Assembly: GCA_902776415.1 (NCBI GenBank)
Contig: CACYPY010000001.1
Span: 61,893 to 125,892 of the forward strand
Length of the DNA stretch: 64,000 bases
Reading direction: 5' to 3'
Source of the DNA: an uncultured Ruminobacter sp.
Lineage (GTDB): Bacteria > Pseudomonadota > Gammaproteobacteria > Enterobacterales > Succinivibrionaceae
Below are positions 1 to 11,114 of this stretch, one piece after another. Within the stretch, counting starts at the first letter, position 1. Every line of letters begins with the position of its first letter. A program made the position numbers and the translations under genes. The notes under the pieces were generated by a model, which saw nothing but the letters and a program-made list of their open reading frames with translations, had not been told where the DNA came from and did not search any database.

Positions 1-993
1 TGCTTTACCGCCCCGCCCTCCTCCGTAATCATTAACGGTAACTGCGTCTCCGCAAAGCTGACTGCCACCAAAATAGGCGGCCCGGTATCCGTGGAAATTC
101 CGGAAGGAATGCCAATTTCGGTAATCGCCAGTGATGTGGAAGTGGTATCTCCCTCGGAATTTTACGGGGGATGCGAGTTGGAAATGGATCGCAATTCCCA
201 GAATGTCTATCGTCTCTCGGGATGCATTCCGGTACAGCAAAAGGGAAAGCCCCTGGAACTCTCGTTTGCCATTCAGGATCCCGAACAGTGGGGAAAGGAT
301 ATTACCTCCCAGGTGCTGGCCAAACTTAAAATCCAGGTTAACGGCAAAATCGAACCTGTCAGAAAGTCCCCCGGCACTCTGTCATACTATGCCGCCCATC
401 TCTCAAAACCGATCTCCGCCATGCTGGACAAATGTCTGAAACGCAGCGTGAACATCATTGCCGACAGCATGGCCCGCACTATCGGCACGGTATTCTACAG
501 CCGTCCGGCAAACTATGATATGTCTCTGACAGCCATCAGGAGAATCCTCAAGGGGAAGGGGATTGATCTCGGAAACGCCACGCTCATTGACGGATCCGGA
601 CTGTCACCTCACAACAACATCACCCCGCGGCAGATGCTGTCCGTACTGCAGTACATCGCTGACAACGACAGTCATCTCAATATGATCAGGCTATTCCCGG
701 TAGCGGGACAGAGCGGCACTCTCGGAAGCCGCGGCAGCGTGATGAAGGCTCCGCTCCTCAAAAATGTTACCGCCAAAACCGGCACCCTGAACGGAGTGTC
801 CAACCTGGCGGGCTTCCTGACCACCAAATCCGGAAAGCTGGTTCCCTTTGTCTACTTCATGAACAATCTTTCCTACGACGAAGCGACTGCCAAAAAGCTC
901 AAGGCCAAGAAAATCGCCAAACCGCACTATGCTCATGAAAGGCAGGTTCTTGAAGCCATCTACAACGAAGAGTCGGTAAGGGAAAATCGCTAG
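1..993 (+). CDS. dacB: D-Ala-D-Ala carboxypeptidase/endopeptidase PBP4 (peptidase S13), 5'-truncated by the window edge
   Basis: The frame is open from base 1 (CFTAPPSSVIINGNC). Motifs SVN (SxN), DGSGLS and AKTGTL (KTG) are present. Confidence 0.9.
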   Translation, partial: CFTAPPSSVIINGNCVSAKLTATKIGGPVSVEIPEGMPISVIASDVEVVSPSEFYGGCELEMDRNSQNVYRLSGCIPVQQKGKPLELSFAIQDPEQWGKDITSQVLAKLKIQVNGKIEPVRKSPGTLSYYAAHLSKPISAMLDKCLKRSVNIIADSMARTIGTVFYSRPANYDMSLTAIRRILKGKGIDLGNATLIDGSGLSPHNNITPRQMLSVLQYIADNDSHLNMIRLFPVAGQSGTLGSRGSVMKAPLLKNVTAKTGTLNGVSNLAGFLTTKSGKLVPFVYFMNNLSYDEATAKKLKAKKIAKPHYAHERQVLEAIYNEESVRENR

Positions 994-1036
994 CAGATCC
1001 TGCGCAGAAAGTCTGACTTTCCGACACTGCTTCCTG

Positions 1037-1076
1037 ACGGCCGGAGATCTCCCGGAAGATCTCCGGCCGTTCTGTT
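1037..1076 (+). terminator. Strong hairpin after dacB, likely terminator
   Basis: 14-bp perfect stem ACGGCCGGAGATCT / AGATCTCCGGCCGT with a 6-nt loop, followed by a weak T tract. Confidence 0.6.
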
Positions 1077-1368
1077 TCCGGAAAATCCGTCCCTGATACT
1101 GCCTTACAGCAGCAAAATATGCTAAAACAGACTAATAATTGAGAAACAGACAGCATTAATCACTATACATCCCCGAATATCGGGGTATAAGATCCGTTAT
1201 ATTTCCGGAACTTGTAAATAATATTCTTCTCGCACCATACCTCCCGGCGGGCATTATCGCGGCAATGGTGCTACAATTGCCGGAGTTACTGCAGGCATCG
1301 CAGTTCGCGCCATGCGAAAATATTCAGACCGTTAATTACATATTTTTGGCAGCAAAATAGGACCAGCT

Positions 1369-2586
1369 ATGAAGGTTATAGAAAAATCCCACAAGCTTGA
1401 CAATGTCTGCTACGACATTCGCGGGAAGGTAATGGTTGAAGCCCAGCACATGGAAGAAGAAGGGCAGCGAATTCTCAAGCTCAATATCGGCAACCTGGCC
1501 ACCTTCGGGTTTGACACCCCTGAAGAAGTCATCAAGGATATCATAATCAATATTCCAAACGGTCAGGGGTATTCAGAATCAAAGGGAATCTTTATCGCCA
1601 GAAAGGCCATTGCCCAGTACTACCAGCAGAAGGGGCTCCGGGACGTTGATCATAACGACATCTACATCGGCAACGGTGCCTCAGAGCTTATTGTGCAGTC
1701 CATGCAGGCTCTTTTAAACAACGGTGACGAGATTCTGGTTCCAGCTCCGGACTACCCGCTCTGGACAGCTGCTGTAAATCTGAGCGGCGGGCATGCCGTG
1801 CATTACATCTGCGATGAAAAGGCCGACTGGCTGCCGGATCTTGACGACATCAGAAAGAAGATCTCCCCGAGAACCCGCGGCATTGTAATCATCAACCCCA
1901 ATAACCCCACCGGAGCAGTATATTCCACAGAATTTCTGATGGAATTGGTGGAAGTGGCCCGACAAAACAATCTGATTATTTTCGCCGATGAAATCTATGA
2001 CAAAATCCTTTACGACGATGTGGCTCATACCAGCATCTGCACCCTGTGCGATGACGTGCTTTGCCTCACCTTCAACGGTCTCTCCAAGGCCTATCGGGCC
2101 TGCGGTTTCCGCATGGGCTGGATGGTGGTGAGCGGCCCTAAACGTCAGGCTCAGGGATATATTCAGGGACTAAACATTCTGGCATCCATGAGACTCTGCG
2201 CCAATGTTCCCATGCAGTATGGCATTCAGACAGCCCTTGGCGGCTATCAGAGCATCAAGGAGCTTACCAGACCGGGCGGTCGGCTCTGGAGACAGCGCAA
2301 CAAGGCATGGGAACTCATTAATTCCATTCCCGGATTCAGTGCCGTGAAGCCCAAAGGGGCTCTTTACATGTTCCCGAAAATCGATACATCCATGTACCGA
2401 ATCAAGGATGACCAGAAAATGGTCCTGGATCTCCTGCGCCAGGAAAAAATGCTTATTGTTCAGGGCACCGGCTTCAACTGGCCTGCTCCGGATCATTTCC
2501 GACTGGTATTCCTGCCTACCGAGGAGGTCATTACCGATGCCTGCGACCGTCTGAGACGCTTCTTCAAGCATTATCATCAGGACTGA
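1369..2586 (+). CDS. alaA: Glutamate-pyruvate aminotransferase AlaA (class I/II PLP enzyme)
   Basis: N-terminus KSHKLDNVCYDIRG, INPNNPTG, DEIYDK and the PLP lysine in GLSKAYRACGFR; SD AGGA; adjacent to yfbR as in enterobacteria. Confidence 0.93.
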   Translation: MKVIEKSHKLDNVCYDIRGKVMVEAQHMEEEGQRILKLNIGNLATFGFDTPEEVIKDIIINIPNGQGYSESKGIFIARKAIAQYYQQKGLRDVDHNDIYIGNGASELIVQSMQALLNNGDEILVPAPDYPLWTAAVNLSGGHAVHYICDEKADWLPDLDDIRKKISPRTRGIVIINPNNPTGAVYSTEFLMELVEVARQNNLIIFADEIYDKILYDDVAHTSICTLCDDVLCLTFNGLSKAYRACGFRMGWMVVSGPKRQAQGYIQGLNILASMRLCANVPMQYGIQTALGGYQSIKELTRPGGRLWRQRNKAWELINSIPGFSAVKPKGALYMFPKIDTSMYRIKDDQKMVLDLLRQEKMLIVQGTGFNWPAPDHFRLVFLPTEEVITDACDRLRRFFKHYHQD

Positions 2587-2920
2587 TTTTTATATAGTCA
2601 TAACCAGGGCCCTTCCGCGCATCCGGAAGGGTTTTGTTTTTGAAAATCCGGGGAAAGCAAGCAACCGCAAAAAATGACGGCAATACTTTCGCCGCCGAAA
2701 AAATACCGCAGCAGAAAAGCTTTCCGGAGACGACAATGACATACTTTGCCAGCAATCATAAATTCCCGGGCAACATTTCAGCATCCGAAATCCGCTATTG
2801 AGGCTTGAATCAAAAAAATTCACATAAAAAGCGTTCAGAAAACCTGATACCGTTTATCATGAATCATGGGTTTCAGAGAATTAATCTCTGAATTAATCAA
2901 AATCGGAGGACGGAATCAGT

Positions 2921-3589
2921 ATGTTAAGCGATAACAAGCAAAGCACCTTCATGGCATGGTTTACCAGAATGCCGCTCATTAAAAGATGGGCACTGATGCA
3001 TTCCGTTAAATCTGAAAACGTAGCCGAGCACAGCTATCAGGTTGCAGTGATTGCCCACCTTCTGGCAATTATCAGCAACGAATACTACGGCAGCTGCTAC
3101 ATCCCGGAAATGGCTGCCACCATTGCCCTGTTTCATGATATCTCCGAAACCAAGCTTCAGGACCTGAACGCCCGCACCAAATACCAGACCATTGAGTTTG
3201 CCAGGCAGTTCAAGAAGCTGGAGCACCTGGCAGAACGGGAATGCCTGAACACCCTGCCTCCGGATCTTAAATCTCACTACCGGAACCTTATAGTGCAGCG
3301 GCAGGTAAATCCCGTATACAAGCCTCTCGTAAAGGCAGCCGACACTCTGGCAGCCTACATGAAGGCGAAGGACGAGCTTAACAACAATAACCGGGAGTTC
3401 ACTCATGTGGTGGAAACCTTCGAAAACAAGATCCGGAAAATGGCTTTGGTAGTACCTGCCGTGAACTATTTCATGGAGCATTTCGCAGAATGCTGTGCCT
3501 GCACCATCGACGAACTTTCGGGAATCGATGCTGAAAATGCCACTGACAGCAACGACTTCTGCGAAGAAGACGAACTTTCCGAAGATTAA
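2921..3589 (+). CDS. yfbR: 5'-deoxynucleotidase YfbR (HD domain) with acidic C-terminal tail
   Basis: RMPLIKRWALM, ENVAEHS, ALFHD and VKAADTL motifs; SD GGAGG. Confidence 0.88.
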   Translation: MLSDNKQSTFMAWFTRMPLIKRWALMHSVKSENVAEHSYQVAVIAHLLAIISNEYYGSCYIPEMAATIALFHDISETKLQDLNARTKYQTIEFARQFKKLEHLAERECLNTLPPDLKSHYRNLIVQRQVNPVYKPLVKAADTLAAYMKAKDELNNNNREFTHVVETFENKIRKMALVVPAVNYFMEHFAECCACTIDELSGIDAENATDSNDFCEEDELSED

Positions 3590-3636
3590 CACAGTAAAAT
3601 CACAGCCAGTGTGACAAACAGCGGGGAACTCATCAG

Positions 3637-4161
3637 GTGAACGATGTACTGGATGACCGGGTCTGCTTTCTGACTGACAGCAAGGGTACCCGAACCCATG
3701 CTGTGCTTCCGATATCGGTTTATGACGAGCTTCTGGGTCTCAGACAGCTCCTTAATGAAAGCAAGAACCTGAACAGCCGGGAGGATTACTTCTTTTCGGT
3801 AAAAGGAGTAAACGCCTCCGGATTTCCTTTGGGCAAAAGAACCAGCCCGGGATTTATGCTCAACAAGGGATCCATGGTCTCCATCAGACACGCCCCCTCT
3901 CTCAGACAGCCGGTCATTGACGTCAAAAATGACCTCATTATGAGAAAAATACTGGTTATCAACACCAAGCTGAACTGCTACGAGCTTAAGGAAAGCTATC
4001 TTCTGACCAGCCCCAGCTTTGCAGCCAGTCTGGTGGCCGGAAACACCAGAAACGGACTGGATGTTTGGACAAATCAGGAAGGTTTTTCATTAAAGGATTC
4101 CGGCTACGGCCCCAAAGCCGGAGACGGACATCCCGATGATGAGGAAAACGGTAAAAAGTAG
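3637..4161 (+). CDS. DUF4357-like domain protein
   Basis: The C-terminal SPSFAASLVAGNTRNGLDVW resembles the DUF4357 signature (SPS.AA..V.G...NG...W); GTG start. Confidence 0.65.
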   Translation: MNDVLDDRVCFLTDSKGTRTHAVLPISVYDELLGLRQLLNESKNLNSREDYFFSVKGVNASGFPLGKRTSPGFMLNKGSMVSIRHAPSLRQPVIDVKNDLIMRKILVINTKLNCYELKESYLLTSPSFAASLVAGNTRNGLDVWTNQEGFSLKDSGYGPKAGDGHPDDEENGKK

Positions 4162-4221
4162 CACCTCAGACAAAAAAAGGCCGCTCGGTTTCCTTCCTTG
4201 CAACAGAGGTGCGGCGGCTGG

Positions 4222-4281
4222 TTTATTCCCGACTTTATTCCCGACTTTATTCCCGACTTTATTCCCGACTTTAATTCCCAA
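4222..4281. repeat. 12-bp tandem repeat (TTTATTCCCGAC) x4 plus a degenerate copy
   Basis: Exact units at 4222, 4234, 4246 and 4258, then TTTAATTCCCAA. Confidence 0.95.
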
Positions 4282-4558
4282 TTTTATTCGGAATTTTCCA
4301 ACTTCTTACACCAAAATAAAACCATTCAATAATAACAAGACAAATAAATATATGACATTACCATATTAATCAGCAGGGTCTTGCTATTCCATGAGGTTCT
4401 GCTCATTTTGTCAGCCATATACTTTGCCAATAATCAGTGATTCATCCAAAAGTCCTGTCCTTCCTGTGATTTTGGAAAGAAAGGTTAGAGCCCCTCCTCA
4501 TATTTTGCTAAAATTCCGCATCAGAAACGTTTATCCGATAAATTCCAGGAGCCTCAGC

Positions 4559-6196
4559 ATGGCGTCATATTCTCTTTCAGATTTCAAAATCAGACTGATC
4601 TTCTCCATCCTCACCGAAGTCTTTGATGCCGGAAGATCACTGGACAAGGCCTATGCCATCTATTTCAGGAAGCTGAAGCTCGACAACGACGAACAGGCTC
4701 TTATTGTTTCTCTGGTAAACGATGTCTTCAGAAGACTTAACTACTACACATACGTTGCCGGCTATAAAAAAATCAAGGACGTCAAAAAGCACATCAACAA
4801 GATAATCTGCGTCATACATCTGGTTCACAAATGGCCGGTACCCCGGGGACTTCCGGACTGCGAAGACTTTTCCATAAAGGATGCCAAAGCCCGCATGGAG
4901 GAAGCTGACAATATCCCCAATCTAAAATACGGCTGTCCGGTATGGCTTGACGAGTTCGGGAAAAAGGAACTGGGAGAAAAATGGGAAGCCGAGAAGCCCT
5001 GCTTTGCAAAGGAACCACGAAGATTTATCAGAGCAAACACCCTGAAAACCACCCGAAAGGAGCTCATGGAAATTCTCGCGGCTGAAAATATCACCACCCG
5101 GGAATGCCCCCTCCCCGATGCTTTGGAGGTACTGGGCACCCCGGCCATCTTCAAAACCGTCGCCTTTAAAAAAGGACTTTTCGAGCAGCAGGATACCGGA
5201 TCTCAGGAAATTCCGCTGTTCCTGGATCCCCGGCCCGGGAACAAGGTTATCGATGCCTGTGCCGGTGCCGGAGGCAAAACTCTGTACCTGAGCGCACTCA
5301 TGAAAGGCCGCGGCAGCATCATCGCCATGGATGACAAACAGTGGAAGCTGGACGATCTTAAGCTCCGGGCCAGAAGAGCCGGAGCCTATAACATCGAAAC
5401 CAGGCTTATCGATACCACCAAGGTCATCAAAAGACAGTACGGCAAGGCGGACTGCGTGCTTTTGGACGTACCGTGCTCCGGCAGCGGAGTGCTTAAGAGA
5501 AATCCCGAAACAAAATGGACTGACGGCACTGATACCATCAGGGAGCTGATTCAGATCCAGGCAGACATTCTCAGCAGGTATTCCAAAATGACCAAAGTCG
5601 GCGGTACCCTGGTCTACTCAACCTGCAGCATTTTCCCCTGCGAGGATCATAACCAGATAGCCGCATTTCTGGAAAACAATCCCGATTTTGAGCTTCTTGA
5701 TGAAAAAACGGTATATCCTTCCGCAGGAGGCGACGGCTTCTACATGGCCAAGCTCAAAAGAAAGGAAAACTCCGGAAATGTCCAAAGTGCAGGAACGGAC
5801 GGTGAAGATTCCGTAACCGGAACCAAGAATCTCGAAGAAATAAAAGAGAATACTGAAACCAAAACTGAAAATACCGAGGCAGAAGTCCCGGAAATTAAGC
5901 CGGAAGCTGAAAACTCCAAAGCCGAAACGGAAAAGACCGAATCCGTGAAGGAAGTACTTGGAAGTCCGAAGGAAAAAACTGAAAACGACAGGAAAAAGGC
6001 CGGAAGTAAGAAAACAACCGCCCCCCGAAAAGAAAAATTAAACCCCTGGACAGAAAAAACTGACGCCCGAAAGAAGGAAGAAACTCCTGGCAAAAACGAC
6101 ACTTCTGAAACTCGCAGATCCCGAAAAACCGGAACGTCAGGAAAGCCCGGCAATCCCGAAAAAACCGGCAGGAAACGTTCGGAAGGGAAAGCCTGA
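4559..6196 (+). CDS. RsmB/NOP-family RNA m5C methyltransferase with long K/E/T-rich C-terminal tail
   Basis: DACAGAGGKT, LLDVPCSGSG and YSTCS (two catalytic Cys). Start placed at ATG 4559 after SD AGGAG. Confidence 0.85.
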   Translation: MASYSLSDFKIRLIFSILTEVFDAGRSLDKAYAIYFRKLKLDNDEQALIVSLVNDVFRRLNYYTYVAGYKKIKDVKKHINKIICVIHLVHKWPVPRGLPDCEDFSIKDAKARMEEADNIPNLKYGCPVWLDEFGKKELGEKWEAEKPCFAKEPRRFIRANTLKTTRKELMEILAAENITTRECPLPDALEVLGTPAIFKTVAFKKGLFEQQDTGSQEIPLFLDPRPGNKVIDACAGAGGKTLYLSALMKGRGSIIAMDDKQWKLDDLKLRARRAGAYNIETRLIDTTKVIKRQYGKADCVLLDVPCSGSGVLKRNPETKWTDGTDTIRELIQIQADILSRYSKMTKVGGTLVYSTCSIFPCEDHNQIAAFLENNPDFELLDEKTVYPSAGGDGFYMAKLKRKENSGNVQSAGTDGEDSVTGTKNLEEIKENTETKTENTEAEVPEIKPEAENSKAETEKTESVKEVLGSPKEKTENDRKKAGSKKTTAPRKEKLNPWTEKTDARKKEETPGKNDTSETRRSRKTGTSGKPGNPEKTGRKRSEGKA

Positions 6197-6291
6197 ATTT
6201 TGACCTGAGCCGGGGAGCGTCAGACAATTCAAAAAATCCTCGTCTGACGCAGTTTTGCCCCCGGAATTCCGTATCCGGCGCTACAGACTTA

Positions 6292-8337
6292 TCAGGCCCC
6301 GAACTTGAAGGGAACGCCTCTCAGAACCCGACCTTTCTTTCCCCGGGGCTCCTCCTTGCGATCATGCCGGGAACGCTCTTCCGAAAAATCACTGCCATGC
6401 CTGCCGCGACCACCGTGATCTTCGGATCTTCTTCTGGAAAAATCCTTTCCGTTTCCGCGATCCTGACGGCGGAAACGGGATTTGAAGCCGTTTTCACCGT
6501 TGTCATCCATGTAATATTCCCGGATCTCCAGATTTCTCCCGCATACCACCGCTTTTTTGAGAATCCCCATGGTTTCCTGTGGCATCCCCTCCGGAAGATC
6601 AACAGTGGAATAGGTATCGAAGATACTGATAGCACCGATATAGCGGCTGTCAATGGAACCTTCGTTGGCCACGGCACCGACAATCTGGCCCGGCTTCACG
6701 CCGTCCTTGCGGCCCACGGCCACCCGGTAACGGATCATTTTGAGGTCGGGGAAATCCTTGAGAGGCATCGGCTTCTGGGAGCGATCACGCTTTGACTTCC
6801 GCTCGCGGCTGAAATCCTCCAGGGTCTTCTGCTCCGGCTCCGGTTCCGAAGCGTCGACAAACAGGGGCTTTTTCCCGTTAACCATTCTGGCCAGAGACGC
6901 CGCAAGAGTAACGGCATCCTCTTCTCCGGATTCCAGGATATCTTTTACGATATCACGGTACGGAGCCATTTCATCATCTGAAACTCCTTCCATGGCAGAA
7001 ATGATCCGATCCCTGAAGCGATCCGCTCTGTGTCTGTTTATATCCTCGTTGGTGGGCATCTTCATGGGTTCAATAACCGAACGGGTAACATTCTCGATAA
7101 GCCGGAGCATTCTTCTTTCCCTGGGAGACACAAAAAGAATGGCATCCCCGGTTTTGCCAGCTCTTCCGGTACGGCCGATACGATGCACATAGGATTCCGG
7201 ATCAAAGGGAATATCGTAGTTGATAACATGGGTTATTCTGTCGACATCCAGACCTCTGGCCACCACATCCGTAGCCACCAGCACATCCAGCTGCCCCTTT
7301 CTGAGCCGATCCACAACCTTTTCGCGTATCTTCTGGGGGATATCACCGTGAAGAGCATCACAGGAAATTCCGCTGGCCGAAAGCTTCTGCTCAAGCTCCT
7401 CGGCATCGGTTTTGGTTCTGGTAAATATCAGAAGAGCATCATAAGGCTCCACCTCCAGAAGACGAATCAGGGCGTCAATCTTTTTAAGACCGGAAACCAG
7501 CCAGTAACGCTGTCTTACGGTGGTAGCGGTGGCGGTTTTGGCGGCAATTCTGATTTCCTCGGGAGAAATCAGATTTTTTTTGGCAACCTTTTTTATAACA
7601 TCAGGCATTGTTGCCGAAAAAAGCGCTGTCTGTTTTGCGGCAGGACACTTCTCAAGAATCCATTCCACATCGTCGATAAAGCCCATTTTGAGCATTTCAT
7701 CGGCTTCATCCAGCACCAGCATTCTGATGGCGGAAAGATCAAGTTTGCCTCTTTCAACCAGATCCATCACCCGGCCCGGAGTTCCGACAACGAGCTGCAC
7801 GCCGTTTTTGAGCGCCCGTATCTGTCTCTCGTAGGAGGAACCGCCATAAATGGCCAGCACACTGATATTTTTAAGATATTTGGCAAATGAGGTGCAGGCA
7901 TCAGCCACCTGAATGGCCAGCTCACGAGTGGGAAGCAGTACCAGGGCCTGAACCGCAGTTGACTCCGGGTCAAGTTTGGAAATAAGGGGCAACGCAAAAG
8001 CCGCGGTTTTTCCGGTGCCGGTCTGAGCCTGGCCGATAATGTCAAGTCCGTCCATCAACGGTTTTATGGCAGCCTCCTGAATGGGAGAAGGCTTTATATA
8101 GCCAAGATCCCGAACCGCCTGAAGAACTTCTTCCCTGAGACCGAGGTTTTCAAAACCGGGGCCTGTTTCCTCCTCGGAATCCAGAACCTCGTCGGTATCG
8201 TCATCCTGATCATCGGAGAGAAGAGCCTCCTCATATTCAGAATTCTTCTTTTCCATAAGAGCTTCGGCAAGATCATCTCCTGCGACAGCACTGTTGTTCT
8301 GATCCGGGGATAAATTTTCGGTTGTATTTTCGAGCAT
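6292..8337 (-). CDS. deaD: ATP-dependent RNA helicase DeaD/CsdA with acidic N-terminal extension
   Basis: AQTGTGKT, PTRELA, DEAD, SAT, HRIGRTGRAG and a C-terminal DbpA-type RNA-binding domain; SD GAGG before ATG 8337. Confidence 0.92.
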   Translation of the reverse strand: MLENTTENLSPDQNNSAVAGDDLAEALMEKKNSEYEEALLSDDQDDDTDEVLDSEEETGPGFENLGLREEVLQAVRDLGYIKPSPIQEAAIKPLMDGLDIIGQAQTGTGKTAAFALPLISKLDPESTAVQALVLLPTRELAIQVADACTSFAKYLKNISVLAIYGGSSYERQIRALKNGVQLVVGTPGRVMDLVERGKLDLSAIRMLVLDEADEMLKMGFIDDVEWILEKCPAAKQTALFSATMPDVIKKVAKKNLISPEEIRIAAKTATATTVRQRYWLVSGLKKIDALIRLLEVEPYDALLIFTRTKTDAEELEQKLSASGISCDALHGDIPQKIREKVVDRLRKGQLDVLVATDVVARGLDVDRITHVINYDIPFDPESYVHRIGRTGRAGKTGDAILFVSPRERRMLRLIENVTRSVIEPMKMPTNEDINRHRADRFRDRIISAMEGVSDDEMAPYRDIVKDILESGEEDAVTLAASLARMVNGKKPLFVDASEPEPEQKTLEDFSRERKSKRDRSQKPMPLKDFPDLKMIRYRVAVGRKDGVKPGQIVGAVANEGSIDSRYIGAISIFDTYSTVDLPEGMPQETMGILKKAVVCGRNLEIREYYMDDNGENGFKSRFRRQDRGNGKDFSRRRSEDHGGRGRHGSDFSEERSRHDRKEEPRGKKGRVLRGVPFKFGA

Positions 8338-8743
8338 AAATTTCCTCTGGCAGGAAAACGCTCCCGCCATTTTTAATATTGTGAACCGCACAAATAAACA
8401 GAAGTCAGACGGTATCCCCGCCTGAAGCCATTTCCGGCCTTAATCAGGTTCACACAAGGAAACACACACACGATTCGGAAAACGCTGAATACAGCAGAAT
8501 CACTGAACAGAAAGTCAGCTTCTGAATTCCCCGGGCGTCCCGGTCTCAAGACTGCCGGGCCTGCACCAAGACTGGTGAACCATTTTTAAAACAAGACTCC
8601 GAATTATACAGGATTAACGGAATTTGTGCAGAAAATTAGATCTTGATCAAAGAATCCAGTTTCATCACTGACAAAACAATATGAATATGCTGAGGCAGGA
8701 ACCATTTTTTAGTTACAGATTTTAAGGGTATAACACTGTGTGA

Positions 8744-9916
<1,173 letters not shown>

Positions 9917-10031
9917 TGAGAAAAGGTGGCGGAGCCGATTCTCATCGGTAACGTGGGATCTTCCCTGGTTGCCCGGTTTCTCGGGGGATTGTCTCCGCTG
10001 CCAAATATCCGCAAAACAAAAGGATTCTGAA

Positions 10032-10430
10032 ATGATTTTAATTAAAAGCATCACCGTAGCAGCCACGGTTTCGGTAATGGCTCTTGCACTCCTTAATACC
10101 GCCGCCGCCGAAAGCAGCTGTAATCAGTACACCACCTCCTATGACAGAACCTTCTGCTTCTGCAAGATGATCGTGGAATCTGACAAGGAGCTGAACGAGG
10201 TTTACAAGGAGCTTCGCGAAAACCTTGATGAGAAAACCGCAGAAGGACTTAAGCTTACCCAGCGCAAATGGATCAAGTACCGCAATAACCAGTGCGAGAA
10301 CAACGGCACTATCCAGCTCCAGTGCAATTACGGCGTGAACAAAAGCCGCACTGACTATCTTCGGGAACGCCTCAGAGAATGCAAGTCCGGTGTCTGCCAG
10401 AATTCGCTCGTGGTAAAACCTAGCTGGTAA
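10032..10430 (+). CDS. Secreted lysozyme-inhibitor LprI/DUF1311-like protein
   Basis: Signal peptide, paired Cys, DKELNEVYK and LKLTQRKWIKYRNNQC (LprI-type QR.W..YR...C); SD AAGGA. Confidence 0.75.
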   Translation: MILIKSITVAATVSVMALALLNTAAAESSCNQYTTSYDRTFCFCKMIVESDKELNEVYKELRENLDEKTAEGLKLTQRKWIKYRNNQCENNGTIQLQCNYGVNKSRTDYLRERLRECKSGVCQNSLVVKPSW

Positions 10431-10477
10431 AACCGTTCCCGTCAGAAGAGAACGCTTTTCTGACAACCATTTTTCAT

Positions 10478-10505
10478 AAAAAGCAGTCTTTTCAGACTGC
10501 TTTTT
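10478..10505. terminator. Bidirectional intrinsic terminator
   Basis: AAAAAGCAGTCT-TTTC-AGACTGCTTTTT. Confidence 0.8.
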
Positions 10506-11114
10506 GTTTCTGTGAGGCGAAGTCAGCCGTTATTTTGAGTTTAAGGCGGTAACTTTTTAAAAAATCTCAAAAGTTACCGCCTTAACTCCCCGATAACTCC
10601 ATAGCAAAGGTCACTGCATATGCGCCAGCCGCCGCCATAATCTTTCTTGCTCCCGAAATGAGATCCAAAAGCAAATCTGTTTTTACGGAATTCTGACTGT
10701 TTCCCAAGGATTTTTTCAAAAAACGTCACACGCTGTTCGCGCCCCCGGAAAAAAGGATTAAAAACAGCTTTTAAACCTTATTTTATAAGGATTAAAAGCT
10801 CATTAAAACCACAGTAAAATATCAGCATCCTTATTGGTACGGATCGTCAAACAGACGATTTTTCGGAATAAATTCAGGAATTTTCTGACGGTAATTTTAA
10901 GATCAGTTTTCCGAACCTTACCGCTCCTTCCGGCACCTCATCCCATGTTGCTATTCAGGAATTCCCTGAAGTGAACTATAATTCCACCTGAAGCTGACCC
11001 ATGGCATCAAAGCTCCGGAATCACCAAAAACCGGGTTTTCACAGCATGGTGGATGTCGAACGCTCTGAATTATCCCGGCGCGGAAAGCAGCTTCTTCAGA
11101 AATAAGGAACAATT

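Noticed and set aside
2924-3592. 222-aa antisense ORF exactly mirroring yfbR
   Set aside because: Shadow ORF on the opposite strand in codon register, with no recognisable motifs.
4222-4281. Repeat array as a possible CRISPR
   Set aside because: Units are 12 bp and contiguous with no spacers, and no cas genes are present.
4391-4558. Upstream extensions in the ORF track (rsmB-like, deaD, leuB, yjaG, ispB, purA, folA, hfq, prmA, rpoD copy A)
   Set aside because: Longest-ORF artefacts; homology and SD placement support the downstream starts used above.
8637-8650. FNR-like site TAGAT-CTTG-ATCAA upstream of deaD
   Set aside because: One mismatch, and it centres near -47.5 relative to the predicted deaD promoter, which is not a canonical activating position.
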